A DNA stretch of 64,000 nucleotides from Lama guanicoe. Its lineage: Eukaryota. Made by a program: the position numbers and the translations under genes. How positions within the stretch are numbered: the stretch's first letter is position 1; every line of letters begins with the position of its first letter. Below are positions 12,926 through 27,104 of this stretch, in pieces. Where the stretch lies: assembly GCA_013239625.1 (NCBI GenBank), contig MU053758.1, positions 744,001-808,000 on the forward strand, given 5' to 3'. Under the pieces are notes generated by a model that saw nothing but the letters and a program-made list of their open reading frames with translations, had not been told where the DNA came from and made no database searches.

Positions 12926-14787
12926 GCTTTTTGCCTAAGGGTGTTCCCCCGCCACTCCACAATACTTGCACCCCATGACATTTTTTTCCTTCTAAGGCTC
13001 CTTTTTGTCTAGAACCTCCAGAATGTTAATTAACAGTGGGAGTAGCTGGCAAAACAGCCTTTCATAACAATGACTTTAGTTTTTCAGCCACAAATATGGT
13101 GCTAGTTTGTGACATAAATATTCCTTAGGTTAAGAAGGTATTCTTTTCTCTATATAATATAGTTTTGTCCCAAATAGATAATAAGTATCATCAGAAGAGG
13201 TTTTTTCATTTGTCAAGAGGCTTATATAGACTTCTCTTTTAATCTATTAAATAAAAAGTAATACATGAATCATATTGAAATGTTTTTATATTCCCAGGAT
13301 AAACTATATTATTCTTTCAATATACTGCTAGGTTTGATGGTATTTTATTTAGATTTTTTGTATCTGTACTAACTTTAAAATGATTTATTTTTATGTTCTT
13401 TTAGAACTGTGGTTGTGCTATCTTACACCAAATGATTTGAGAACTTTCTCTTTTTCTATGCTCTGAAATAGTTTATATAGAATGAGAATTATTTATTACT
13501 TAAAAGTTTGAAAAATTTATAAAAATACACAAATCTGAACTTTTTTAAAAAACATTTTTAGCAAACTTTTCTTGTCTCTTGGTTATTAGTCTCTTCAGGA
13601 ATCAAGGTTTCCATTTCTCAGTGAAGTTCAGTTTTAGAACTTAAAAATTAATTTTTTTCTCAGAAGTTTTCGTTGAGATTTTCACACTTATTTATATGGT
13701 ATTTTATTTTATTTACATAGCATTTTATTTTTAAAAATAATCTTTTAAATGGGTAAAAATGATAACCACTATCATAAAATTTAAATATACATAAAAGCAC
13801 AAAGAAGAAAATTAAAATAACTTGAAATCTCACCAACTTTATCGAATATTTCATTATCTTTACATTTTTTTCTATTGTTATCTTCTTTTTCTTCTGCCTC
13901 ATTTATGTATATTTGTACTTTCTTTTTTCCTTGATTGCATTTGCTAATGGTTTATCAATTTATTGGATTTCTTCCTCACCTCTGAAAAATCCCAGCTCTT
14001 ACATATATTTTTCTCACCATTTTCAAGTTCAGTGGTTTTTAATCACTAAATTGTGCAACGGAACCCTTTTCAAAATTAAAATCTTATGTGAAATCCCAGT
14101 GTATAAATAGATAAAAGCCAAGCACTTGTGATTAAAGCAAAGGGGAGTAAGGGGAAGGAAGGGAGTTTCTCAGAGTCTCAATCACTTGACCACCACCCCC
14201 AACTCCTCTTTCTTATCAGACACTTATGACTCCAGAGAGTACTGTTAGACAACCACTGTTCTGACTTATTAATTCTGCTTTTATCTTTATTGTTTCCTTC
14301 CTCTTCTTTTCCACAGACTGGTTTTATTGCTCTTTTCTGATTTTTTTAATTTAGCATTTACTGTATTTCTTTTCATTCTTTCTTGTTTAATATTGGAAAT
14401 ACTGAAGTCTGTGAATTTGTCACTGGCAGTGCTGGTCACATCTTATAATATTTTACACAGGATATTTTCTCAATAGGCGGTAATTATAGTTCTGAGTTTC
14501 CTCTTTGGCCCACAGAATATGTAGGAGTGTATTTTCAGCTTCTAAGTGTGGAGAGATTTGTTTACCCTTTTTTAATATTAAGTTCTGATTTTATTTTGTT
14601 GTGGTCATAAAATAAGATCTTTCTAATTTAGTTTTTAAGAAATTACTGGTTTTTTGTAATCCAGTGTTTAGTCAATTTTCATAAATTTTCCGTGCCAGCT
14701 GTAAAGGGTGCATTTTATTTTTAGGTTACATAGTTATTTCACTTCTGTTATCTATCCTATTAATTATATTGCTGAAATCCTCTATAT

Positions 14788-15104
14788 CTGCACTATCCAA
14801 TATGGTAACCACTCTCCACATGTGGTTATTGTACATTTGAAATGTGGCTAGTTTGAACTGATATGTGTTAAGTATAAAGTGCACATAGGGTCTTAAAGAT
14901 TTAATGCAAAAACAGGTAAAATATTTCAATAATAATTTTTATGTTCATTGTGTATTAAAATGATATGATTTTGGATCTGTTGAGTTAAATAAAATAAATA
15001 TTACTAAAATTAATTTCATCTCTTTTTTAGATACCTTTTGAAAGAGGTTACTAGAGAATTTTAAATTACACGCGTAATTATTTTATTTCTATTGGACATA
15101 ACTG
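14788..15104 (-). mobile_element. MER33-like hAT-Charlie MITE
   Basis: TIR-like ends ctgcactatccaata ... tattggacataactg. Internal ccacatgtgg and tgaaatgtggctagt motifs. About 315 bp. Confidence 0.8.
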
Positions 15105-15509
15105 ACCTATATAATAATTATATATTTTTGTCCACTTGATCTATCAGAGACTAGTAGTAACATTACAGTTGTTTTCTTCAGTAATTTCTACTTAAATTTC
15201 TCAGTTTTCACTGTATATATTTTTGTACTGTGCCATTTAGCACATAACAGGTCATTTCTATTGTGGATTGAACCTTACATAAAATAAAATGACTCTGTTG
15301 GCCTGTTTGAGTTCAACTTTGATGTGAATTATTGCTATTCTTTTTAAGAAAATTTGCTTAGGAGTTTTTGCACACCTCTTTTTTTTTAACTTCAGCTTCA
15401 CTTTGTTTCAGGTGAGTATCTCTTAAACGGTAATTAAATTAATTGTATCTTTTGACATAGTCTGACTTTGCTTTTCTTTTTTTCACTTGTTTCTGTTAAC
15501 TTTTTTCTT

Positions 15510-15662
15510 CTTTTTTTATTGAGGAATAGTTGATTTATAATATTATATTAGTTTCAGGTGTACAACATAGTGATTCAAAATTTTTATAGATTAACCCCAT
15601 TTATAGTTATTATAAAATATTGTCTGTGTTCCCTTTGCTGTACAATATATCCTTATAGCTTA
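15510..15662 (-). mobile_element. Short L1 3' terminal fragment
   Basis: T-run followed by tagttgatttataatattatattagtttcaggtgtacaacatagtgattc. Confidence 0.75.
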
Positions 15663-16404
15663 CTCTTAATAGAGGAGTCTAACTTTTCACAATTATTGTG
15701 ATCAGTGAATATCATTTTATGAGTTTTATTTTTATGCTACTTTATTTCTTTTTTCTATATTTTAGGATATTGAGTAATAAAAATATTTTGTTCTACTTTT
15801 ATTACATTAGTGTTTTGAAAAATCATAGTTGAACCCATTTGATTTAATTAGCATCATCAAGAATGGAATAGTACCCATTAGCCCTATGAAAATGGGTAAT
15901 TTAGCATGTTTTTCTTCCTCTCTATTCCTTTCCTAACTGAGATTCAGATGCTTATTACATTTTTTTTATAAATGTCTTAAGAATTACTTTTAAATAGAAG
16001 TTTTAAAGCATATTTAACCACAATTATCTAGATTTAACTTATTTTACTGTTTTGAATTTCATCACCACCTCTTTCTCTCTGTTGATCATTATATCCTTGA
16101 AAAGATTTCCTTGGGGAAGAATGTAGGTGGTAGAAATTCAGAGTTTGAAAATATTTTGTTCTCCTTCATGTTATATAACCAACATATTGAGTATGTTTAG
16201 AATTCTTTAGCACAGTATTTTTCCTTTAAAAATGCTATAAAACTTTCATTTTCTGGTGCTTATTTTGTGGAGAGGCCACTTTGACTCTGTTATTTTGTAG
16301 ACTACTTACTTTTTTCTATTGGTATGCTTGAGGGATGTTTTCATTTTCCTTCAGTTTTGAAAGTTCAGAAGGATATGTTTAAATGTTGTCATTCATTCAT
16401 TCAT

Positions 16405-19072
16405 TTATATTTTTTAACAGCTTCATTGAGATATAGTTCCTGTACCACACAACCTACCCGTTTAAAGCATACTGAACCAATGGCTCTTAGTATAGTATTC
16501 CCAGAGTTGTGCAATCATCACCACAGTAAATTTTAGAACATTTTCATCATTCCCAAAGAAAACTTGAACCCCTTTAGCCTGCATTCTCCAATCTGCCTCC
16601 TCCCTCCCACAGCCCTAGGCATCCACTAATCTGCTTTCGGTTTCTATAGATTTTTGCCTATTCTGTATATTTCATGTGAATGGAATTAGACAACATGTGG
16701 CCTTTGTGACTGCTTTCTTTTGGTTGGTGAAATGATTTCAGAGATTTATTTGTATTGTAGCATGTATCCGCATTTTGTTTTTCATTGCTGAGTAATATTC
16801 CATTGTATAGATTATTTTTATTTTTATTTTATTTGTCTTTTCATCGGTTGATGGATATCTGGGTTTTGTCCACATATTGGCTATTAAGAATAATGCTACT
16901 ATGAACATTTGTGTACAAGTTTTTGTTTGAACTCCTGTTTTCATTTCTTTTGGGTGTATATCTAGCAGTGGAATTGCTAGGTCACATGGTAACTCTCTGT
17001 TTAACCTTTTGAGGAAATTCCAGACTTTTACAAAGTGGCAGCACCATTTTACATTGCCACTAGCAGTGTGTCAGGATTTTAATTTCTCTGCATCTTTGAC
17101 AACACTCATTACTGTCCATCTTTTTGACTGTAACCATCCCAGTGGATGTGAAGTGGTACCTCATTGTGGTTTTGATTTTCATTTTCCTGATGACAGCTGA
17201 TGTTGAGCATCTTTTTATGTGTTTATTGGTTATTTGTATATCTTCCTTAGATAAATGTCTATTTAGATCCTTTACTTGTTTTAAAATTGGGTTATTTGTC
17301 TTTCTATTATTGAGTTGTAAGAGCTTTTTATATATTCTACATAAAAGTCTCATCAGATGTATGATTTGCAAAAATTTTCTCCCATTCTATGGGTTATGTT
17401 TTCACTTTCTTGATGACATCCTTTGGAGCACACTGTTTTTTCATTTTTGATGTCCAATTTATTTTTTCTTTTGGCATCATACCTAAGAAACTATTATTAA
17501 CCCAAGGCCACAAGGATTTATGCCTGTTTTCTTCTGACACTTTTATAGTTTTATTCTTTTCCATTGAATTGTCTTGGCATCTGTATCAAAAATTTATTGA
17601 CTATAAATATGAGGGTTTACTTCTGAATTCCCAATTCTGTTCCTTTGAACTATGTGTCTATCTTTATGCCAGTGGCATATTGTCTTGGTTACTGTAGCTT
17701 TGTAGTAAGTTTTGAAATCAGAAAATGTGAATCCTCCAAATTTATCCTTCTTTTTCAAAATTGTTTTGGCTATTCTGGGTTCCTTGGATTTCCAAATGAA
17801 TTATAGAATCAGCTTGTCAGTTTCTGCAAAAAAAAAAAAGCCAGCTCAGATTTTTATAGAGATCACATTGATTTAGATCAATTGGAGGAATACTGCCATA
17901 TTAACAGTAGTAAGTCTTATATATGAACATAGGATGTCTTTCCATTTACTTAGGTCTTTAACTTCTTTCAGTAATATTTTGTAGTTTTCAGAGTTTACGT
18001 TTTGTGCTGCTTTTGTTAAATTTATTCCTAAGTGTTTAATCCTGTTTTCTTAATGGAATGTTTTCTTAAAAGGTATTTTCCTGATTTAATTTTGGTTTGT
18101 TCATTGCTATTATATAGAAATACAACTGATTTTTGTATATTAATCTTATATCCTGCAAACTTACTGAACTCATTTATTAATTCTAATAGTTTTTTGGTGG
18201 ATTCCTTGGGGTTTTCTATATACAAGATTGTATCATCTGCAAGTAGAGATAGTTTTACTTCTTCCTTTCTAATCTGGACTCTTTTAATTTCATTTTCTTG
18301 CACAATTGCCCTGGCTAGCCCCAGTACAATGTTGAGTATAAGTGGTGAGATTAGACATCTTGTCTTGTTGCTAATCTTAGGAATAGGGGACAGCAGTCTT
18401 TCACTTGTTGACCTAAAACAACAAAACAACCAGTTATTTTACCAGCAAAATGGGGTTATTTGGGAACAACAAAGACTTAATAATTCAGAGCATGCAGTCT
18501 GTGATGATCCACAGGCAAGTCTAGAGAATAGAAGAGAGGAACTTTCTTTTATAGAGGAGAAGGAGGACTTAGGAGGGGCTGTTATAAACAAAGAGTTCAT
18601 TGGAGGAAACTGGGAGCTTTTCATTAGCTGAGTTGTGTAACAGTCTCTCATTGGGTGCGCTCTTGCTGGGCAAGGAGAAATTTTTCCTTCCTCCTGCTGG
18701 GTAGTAAAGTGCCAACCTTCTTCATGTTGGAGATGCAAAGGTACATCTCTTCCTGTTGGGTCTGCAATTGACATCAATGGGGAGGGAATGAGAGCTCCCT
18801 CTTCTGGCATCCTGACTTTATTTAAAATGCAGATACAGTTTATTAATTTTCACACACTGTTAAATGTGATGTTAGTGGGGTTTTGGTAGATGATCTTTGT
18901 CAGGCTAAGGAAATTTCCTTCTATTTCTAGTTTGTTGAATGTTTATTTTCTTGTTTGTTTGTTTTAAATCATGAAGGGCTGTGGAATTTTGTCTAAAGCT
19001 TTTTTTCCACCTGTTGGGATTATCGTGTGGTCTTGGTCCTTTATCCTATTAATATGGTGTACTACATTAATT
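16405..19072 (-). mobile_element. L1MA/MB-like element (3' UTR + ORF2 RT), interrupted by a solo LTR
   Basis: Peptide [43 protein letters not shown] (RT ADD motif) and an ORF2 C-terminal peptide. Confidence 0.9.
18406..18854 (-). mobile_element. Solo LTR, ERV1-class (449 bp)
   Basis: TG...CA termini. 4-bp TSD CACT at 18402-05 and 18855-58. TATAAAA on the minus strand near 18550. The host L1 resumes in register. Confidence 0.85.
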
Positions 19073-20059
19073 GAATTTTAGCTAGCATTTATTTTTTACC
19101 TTTTAATTCAACTTCTCATTTTCTCATTCTTTAGTCTCCAGAAGACTTTGGCGGAACCTATTAAATGACATATGCAATAGATGTGATGCAGGTCTTGGAA
19201 GTTGATGGTGGTCCTCTGTGAAATTTTATCTCCAGAACTTTGTACTTCGTCAAAAGTTCTGGTGATGACTATCTAGGATTTTTTTGTTTGATGGTGTTGA
19301 ATGGTATGAATGTAAAACAAAATTTTAAGTGTCCTATGTAACCCAAATGTTATATAAATTCATAACATTATTTTGGTAGTATATGTAACAGTTTCATATT
19401 ACAGGCACTATTTTTGGAGATGGAAACTTTTAACTATATTATTTATATACTTTTTAGGGATGATAATCCTTTTATGCATAATAAAGTATGTAATTAGTAT
19501 TTCTAGCAATTATAGTCAGTATCAGTGTATTTTTGTCTTCGGAAAATTTGTAGATGCCTCCCCAGTTTCTTTCAATATAACATGATTTGTTTCATATTAT
19601 ATATTTCTATCAGATCCCTATTTTATAGTGTATTCTCACCCTAATTGCAGTTTTCTTCTCTTGGGTATGTTTTTTCTTTTCCATGTGGGTTCCTTCAGTT
19701 GGTTGCATTGTCATTTTCATTGGTGATGCATCTGCTAATTAGTTTTCTTCTTTGAATGCCTTCTCTTTTTGTAGTTGAGTTTTCAGTTCAGCTCTGTTTT
19801 AAATTTAAGTTCTATTTATTGACATTTCTCTCTAGCTTCTATTGGCCTGTGACCCACTATGACTTGTTTGTAATGTTTATGTGTTTATGAAACTGACAGT
19901 CCATCCTCTGCCATCAGTGATAATTAACATTTAACTGTTTCTTTAAGATGGTTTAGAAAATAGTTATTTTTGTGGTTAATATATGTATTAGCTTTCTAAA
20001 TTTGTCGAAAGTTCTTGGATTATTAGAAAGTGTCACCTACAGGCATATGTAGAGTTTTA

Positions 20060-20155
20060 CTTACTTTTTATTCTGGTGAAATATACATAACATATAATTT
20101 ACTATTTTAACCATTTTTAAGTGTGCATTAATTACATTCACATTGTTCTGCAACT
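20060..20155 (-). mobile_element. Short L1 3' terminal fragment
   Basis: gtgaaatatacataacatataatttactattttaaccatttttaagtgt, a typical L1MA/MB 3' tip. Confidence 0.7.
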
Positions 20156-20263
20156 TTAACATTTTTAAAGAGAAAGTAATACCTATTTCTTAGTCTTTCA
20201 GATTTTTCTCTTTCTTCCTTAGTATTTTTTCTTTTTCATTGATCAACTTTCCTTTTCTTTTAG

Positions 20264-20369
20264 ATGCTGAGGATTTCCTGGCAGAAGGTTTGCGGAATGA
20301 GAACCTCAGTGCTGGTGCAAGGGACCACAGAGACCATATTCTACGGGGCTTTCAGCAAATCAGAGCTAG
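20264..20369 (+). CDS. SKAP1: SKAP1 coding exon 2 (N-terminal dimerisation region)
   Basis: Polypyrimidine tract + TAG acceptor at 20261-63 and GT donor at 20370. Translates (D)[34 protein letters not shown](R), nearly identical to recalled human SKAP1 [36 protein letters not shown]. 106 nt, phase 1 to 2. Confidence 0.97.
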
Positions 20370-23300
20370 GTTTGTATCAACTGGTTCCATTATTCTTCTT
20401 TATAAGCTTTAAAACAGTTTATAATCAGTAAAATCTACTTCAGTATATAAATTAGCAAGGTAAGACATATCCATCATAGTTCTTTACACTTGGTAGAGGC
20501 TTAATAAATGTTTACTGAATTGAATTAAAGTGAGGCAGGCATAGTTGGGTAGTTTACCAAAATAGAAAATTTTGACAACTATGTATGTTAAGAAAATTAT
20601 TCTGCTTTTAGCTCTGGATTGTTATGTTGTTCTTTATTGAACACTTTTGCAAATGTGTGAAAAGCTAAATATTTGTGCTTGTCCAATTTACTAAAAGGGA
20701 GGATGTTAAGCCATATGAGATAATTAATTTTCATTATGATTTTTATTCCTGGTTTACATCCAAATCTCCTTCCCTAATAGAAAACTTAAACCATACTTTT
20801 CCTATGACCATATTAGGATGTTTTAGTCTCAGACTGGTTGGAATATCATGCTCACTAATTTTTGTTTTAATTAAAGGCCCTGACCTAATTTGTGCCTTTT
20901 AGAATGTGAGCACCTGACAGATACATACACTTACTTGGAAGAGGAAGAAATAAACATTTTCCTTTACAATGTATTTCCCAACCACTTCTTGCTCAAAATG
21001 TGGTAACTGAATTAACTGAATGAGAGTTGGGGATAAGTGAGTGTTATTTTAAGCCTTTTCCAACCTGGTGGCAATGTGATTCAGAATGTTTGAACTGAGT
21101 ACTCTTAGTGAAAGGGAGAACATCTACAGGGTTATGACTGGAATTTAATTTGTGTGGCTGACCGATCTTGGCATCTACTTTAGAAACTTCATTGAAACTC
21201 CTTAGAAGCTGAGAGTTTTATCCTTTTGAAGGGCACAGCCAGAATATATTCCCTCCAGGAATGTGAGAGAACCTCACAAGATGCCCTGCTGGATCTTAAT
21301 CGATCTTTCCTGCTGGCTAATTAAGCATCACTTTTACTCAGCAACTGGGGACTGTGTAATTATCAGCCTGGGTTGCCCTAAATAATTGAAACAAACAGAA
21401 TGCAGAAGATGGAAGATTTTTGCAAAAGTAAGAATATCTATAATTTTTATTAGCCTGAAAGAGTGTTTAAAACAAACTTCCCTGTAATGTTACTTTATTT
21501 AGATAAATTTAGGCTTAGTTGTGTACCTGTTAGTTCGTAATCCATAGAATTTTTTATTTTTTTAATACAAAGTTGACCTTTATACCATAGGACTATTATA
21601 AGGATGACATGAGGAATAAAGGTGAAATTATTTTAAATTATGTTATAGGGAGAGGGATGCCCAAAGTATAATTGTGTATGTGGTGCTATTAGTGGTATAA
21701 ATCTGTAATAAGGAATGTAAAAACAATTTTACTGCATCTGTAGAGACAAATATACAATGAAAAGGAGCTCTCCTTTCCCATATTTGTACCACAGCATTTG
21801 GAAAGGGCTAATTTCAATCTGAAATTGGTAATAAAAGGTGATTTTTGTGGTGAGTCGCTGTTACCAGTACATATTACTTCTTAGTCCTCTTTTTAAATGC
21901 ATACACACACACTCATACACTCATATCCATGTGTGCACACATAGAAGCTGTATTTGTTATGAGGTAGAGAGGGTTCCTTGTTCTCAAAGAATTGCTGTGT
22001 GGTTTGTGGGACAGACATTCAGGAAATAACCAGCAGGATTTTTAGGAAACATCTGCATTGTTAATGGGAGCTTTCTGTTCATTGATTTGTTGCAAGAAAG
22101 ATGACACTTTGTTTAGAATTTCATAATTATCAGATCACAGAGGAAATGAGGAGCCAGAAATTAGATACTGTATAAGAAAATGGAAAAACAAGGCTTCCCT
22201 TTGGCAAGCTGTTTGAAATTGTCTTACATTTACCTATTCAATCATCGTCCCATTAATGTAACCCTTGTTTTGCTGAATCCTCTTTTTTCAGACATATTGC
22301 CTCTATAGCCCCTTTTATGGCTGGTCAGTATTATGCACTTATATGTACTGATGCCAGTTTCAAAGAATTAAAGCTTGTACAAGTCCAGCCGTATTTACTT
22401 TTTTTGTGTGTAGAAGTTGTATCTTTCCCAGAGGCTGGGTGTGAAAAGAAATTTGGAACTCATCAAACTTGAGAGTTAAATGTATATGGCAAGTTGCCAA
22501 GTAACATCAAAAGAATTGTTGAAAGCCACTTAAAAAGTTTTATCTTTAGTCATATTAAAGCAATAAAATGTTAAGGGTTTGGTAGATTTGTTGGGGAGAG
22601 TAGGAACATATCTAAAATTATTAATTTGGCACATCAGAGCTTATTTGGAAGGTAGGTAAGAAATCTCTAGCAGGATAATCTGGGAAAACCACTGGATAAA
22701 TATAAATACCGTATATACACATATTTCCACCCCAAAACTTTCTACTCTATCTTGTGTCCGTGCTTGAATCCCTGTAATTCTTTCCTCAGCACTGTGCTGC
22801 TGAGAATGAAAAGGGTGGAGAGAAGTGAGAATAGCACTGTCTCTGATTCTTCCTAAACTCTAGGGGCTTGGCCCTAATTTTTAAGGTGGCTCAGAATTCA
22901 GTGCTGCTTGCCATGGCTGTGGTCTTGCTGTAAATTAAAGCGTCTGACTCCATCATAGCTGTTATGTGCCATTTGCCACCTTTGTTGCACAGAGTCACTG
23001 ACCCCAGGAAATGATAGTTGTGTCAGAATTCATGGATTTCCTCCAAGTGCTCATCTGTTTCTCAGTACAAGTAGCTTCACTATTCTCTCTCCTCTCAGAC
23101 TTAAAAATAAAATCGTATCTGTATTTCTATCTACATATGGGGTTGGGTTTTTTTTGGCTTACAAGTGTTACGGATGATGTATAATGTTTTCCATATAAGA
23201 CGAAATAGAAAACGGATGGTAATTTCTGTGATTCCAAGGAAATGAAATCCTGTTGTGGTATTTGATGTCCTGAGCTGTGATGTTCATTGCTCTTCTTCAA

Positions 23301-26300
23301 ACTGCTTCCTCATTTAAACATTCTCCCTAAAAACTAACGGTTTTCACATTCTGAATCCAAGTTTTCACTGAGCTCTTTAGAGAATGATTAGGATGAAAGC
23401 CAGGCAGAAGCTCCTTCTGTTTTATTATGGTGGTCACTGCAGGATCAGTGCCAGATGTGAGACACCTGGAATGAAGCAGACATGATCTACACTCAGACAT
23501 CTGATGGCGTTCTTATGCATTTGTAGAAACAGTTGAGCATTTCTTAAGTTTGATTCAAGGGAGGCCATCTGACAGCAAGAATACATTGAGAATGGGGGAA
23601 GGGATGAACAATATAGAATATTTTTATTACTGAGGTAGGGATAAATTCTCTCTTGATGGCCCGTTTTAGAACAGCTAGTCATTTATGCTCACTGTTGGAA
23701 GTGAAGGCCAGAGCCAATGGAAACAAACTTGGAATATTATTTCCTTTTGTGAAAGTGAAAGGAGTTCCAAAATGAGACAGGTAGATTAATAGCATATTGA
23801 AATGGAAAGAAATAAAGAAATAACTTTATGTAACAGGATTATGGCCCAAAACCCACAAAACTCAGGACATTTAAAGTACAGGCTGAAAGAATATCTTTAA
23901 AAATGTCTCATTGTGGGTGGTTAGCATATAGCTCTGCATGAAACATGATACACTGGTAGAAATATCATAAAAATAATTCCAGTTTTTTTGGGGAACTTCA
24001 AGTTTTTCTTACAGCTTAACATGGATTTAGCTTTAAAACAGGATTTAGTTTAAGAATATATCATTCTGATGTCTTTGTATTATAGGAAGAAAGACAGGGA
24101 GTTAGTCTAGTATAACTCTTGGAAGCACAATCTTCAAAGTAGTGTACTGTAAATATCATTACTATTAATTACATAGAGTTTTACTTTTCCTAAGAGCTGG
24201 TTATTGAGCTTAAAACTCCCAAACAAAACACATTGGAATGAAGTGTGCTTATCAAGAGAACTAATGTGGAATGTGTTGTTGGTACATTTGTGTTGCTTGC
24301 AAGTTTAGATATTTGCTCATAACCTGTTGTTCATTTTGCTACTTATATCCATTGCAAAAAAAAAAAAGTACTTGTGCAATCCATCTAAGTTTAAAGAGCT
24401 CTGAAAAGGCTCAAAATCATACAGAGCAATAATTTGACCACATCTTGAAGGTTAACAATTTATTTCTTCCTTTTTCAGTCCTATCTCTGCCTCTCATCCT
24501 TAATCCAAAAAAAAAAAAACAAAACCCAAAACAATTTCATGTCTTTCAGCTGATCAACTATATACCAAATTTCTATACTAGTTTTCTGTTTTTCAGTGAG
24601 TGTATCTTGAGATTTCACAATCGTGTTAAAGATTTTTGAAGATTTACTTATTGGGGCAGTGAGGGGTTATATTTATTGTTCTTTTAGTCTGAAATTCTCT
24701 TCAGGTGGGACTGATATAATTATTACCTGCTGTTGGTTTCTTGGCTTAACCTGGAAAGGAAGATCATTTTATTATATGCTCTTTCATAGCAAGTCTCGTG
24801 TCCTTTCAAATCATCCTTGAAATGTATAACTCTCCTTTTGATTTGATGATGGTGATTATTTTGTTTATTCTTTTACTTGTGCAAATATCTTGAAATTAGT
24901 ACCAGCTCTAAGATTAAATTGATCCACTTTTATTTTCTTTTACTAGGCTATATTAGTGATCAGAAGCTTCTCCCTTTGGGCATCCCATAAAATAAATATT
25001 TTATACAAATAACTGATATATAATAATTTTTTAGTAATTTTATGCTAAGTAATAAGTGGGTTTAAAAAAAAAGCTTGGATTAATAAATGTGTTCCTTTCA
25101 AACCTTTTTATTAAAAATTCCCAGTACTGAGCTCTTTAAACAGATAATATGTTCTATCAAGAGTGAAAAGAATCTTGAAATGAGACCTAGGAGGCAGACA
25201 GGTAACTGAACTTTCACCCTTCAGGTTGGACTGACCCATTAGAATAATATGCTGAGTATTGCTCTTCAGTCATTTAGTTATGTTGCTGAAATTTTCTTTA
25301 CTCCTGATAGAATTATAGCCATCATTATCACTTGGGCACATTCCTATTATCTACTCGATATGGATTTGTCTTGGAAGGTCTCAGAACATCCTCAGTGTCA
25401 ATTTTTTAATACTAGAAGCTTTTTTATTTGCCTATAAATGGGTGCCCTTAATTCATACATTGTGTGAAAAGATCATTTATCTGAAATTACTGTCTTCATT
25501 TTACCAGTTTACTTTGGCCTTGATTTTAAGTTTCATTTCATCTGGAGCTAGTCTTTTGTCCCAATGCTGTACTATTTTCTCTCCTTATAGAAAACCAACG
25601 GGGGGAAATGCCTTTCTGTGTTATCTATTTGTGGATCTCCAGAAACTTGTGGCGTGGGGCCTTCTTGATTGTGGTTTTCTCTAATTTGCCTGTTTTCTCT
25701 TATTTCTGATATAGATCCACCCTGTATCCACTTTCTGTGTTATGAAACTAGAACAAAGGGGAGAGAAATGCAAGAGCACTGGGTCAGCTGTCAGGAGCCA
25801 AACTCTGTTTTGACGTTACTTCGATAACATCGATTCAGTGGAAGATTCTCCTAACCATGATCTTGTGTTTTCTTTTTAAGTTGCATCCTCCAAAATGCAA
25901 ATAACATTCTTTTTTCCCCAAATGGTATGAAAATGCAAGCATTACCAACCAAACCTTGAAACCTTCATTTGATTTTTTTATGGTATCACTATGATTTTTT
26001 TTTTAATTTACAAAATGATGCAGGAAATTTCATTTCCTTGGGATTTTATTTCATTTCATGATTCTGTTGAGAATGAGTTGGGCCTAAAGTGGGTTTTAAC
26101 AGTCACACCACGTGAATCATTTCTTCTTTGGAAGCTGAATCTTGTCTCTCACTGTGTGGCCTCATCTAGTCTCCCCAAAGTGCAGTGCTAGCAGGGTTGA
26201 TAATGAAATGCCATCCTGCTTACCACGCTCAGTAAAGGGCTCTAAGAAAACAGGAAAAAAATCAATCCCACAGGAACATCGCTAGTGCTAGATATCCATA

Positions 26301-27104
26301 TTTAACCCCCATGCATTTAAAATGGAAATGAGATATCTTAGGGTTTTAGTTTTTGATTTACACAAGATGTCACCGCCTCCTTGGCAATGGGAATATTTTA
26401 TAGACCAACTGCTGACCTGTTTGGGAAGATCTCAGCCTATCGCCCCAGGTCCAATGTAGTTCCTTCATATTTCTTTCGAAACTCTCAGCAGTGCTTTGCA
26501 GCAGCTTTGATTCTTCAGGCTTCAAAGGATGCCCCTTCCAGGGCCAGTCTTCCAAAAGGAAAAAAAATCAGCATAGGGGAACAAGCAGCTCATAAAGAAA
26601 GGGGCAGCTATCCCTGTGGCATCTCTTACTGTAGTTAATTAATAGGGAGTTTACAAACCAATAATACTAAGGCTTTGCAAAGCCAAGAAAATTCCAATTT
26701 GATGCTAGTGTGTTGTTAACGAAATTCTCACTTGGAATAACCCAGTCTTCAATAATCCAGCCTCAAATTGTCTTATCGTAGATACAGTGTGGCTGATATA
26801 AGATGCATTATCATTAATTGCTCAAACTCAAGCTCCCTCTTGAGTTTGTGAGCCTTGTTGAGGTTCTCATTATAATTTATGAAAAACTTTATGCCCACGT
26901 AATCTCCAATTAGCTATTTCTTTTAGTTATATTAGTGAGCGTCTCTTGCTTATAAATTCTGCCATTAACCGCAAGGTTCATTTTACAATTTAGTAATCAA
27001 GACCTTCTACCGTGTCTACCAAGTGCCTTTGTTCCTTTGTTGGTAAGAGAACTCAGATATAAGAAATTACTCAAAGTAACAAAATTAACGAAAGATTAGG
27101 ATTT

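Noticed and set aside
18028..18810. Overlapping 123-199 aa ORFs
   Set aside because: L1 RT fragment, its antisense frame and read-through into the solo LTR; not genes.
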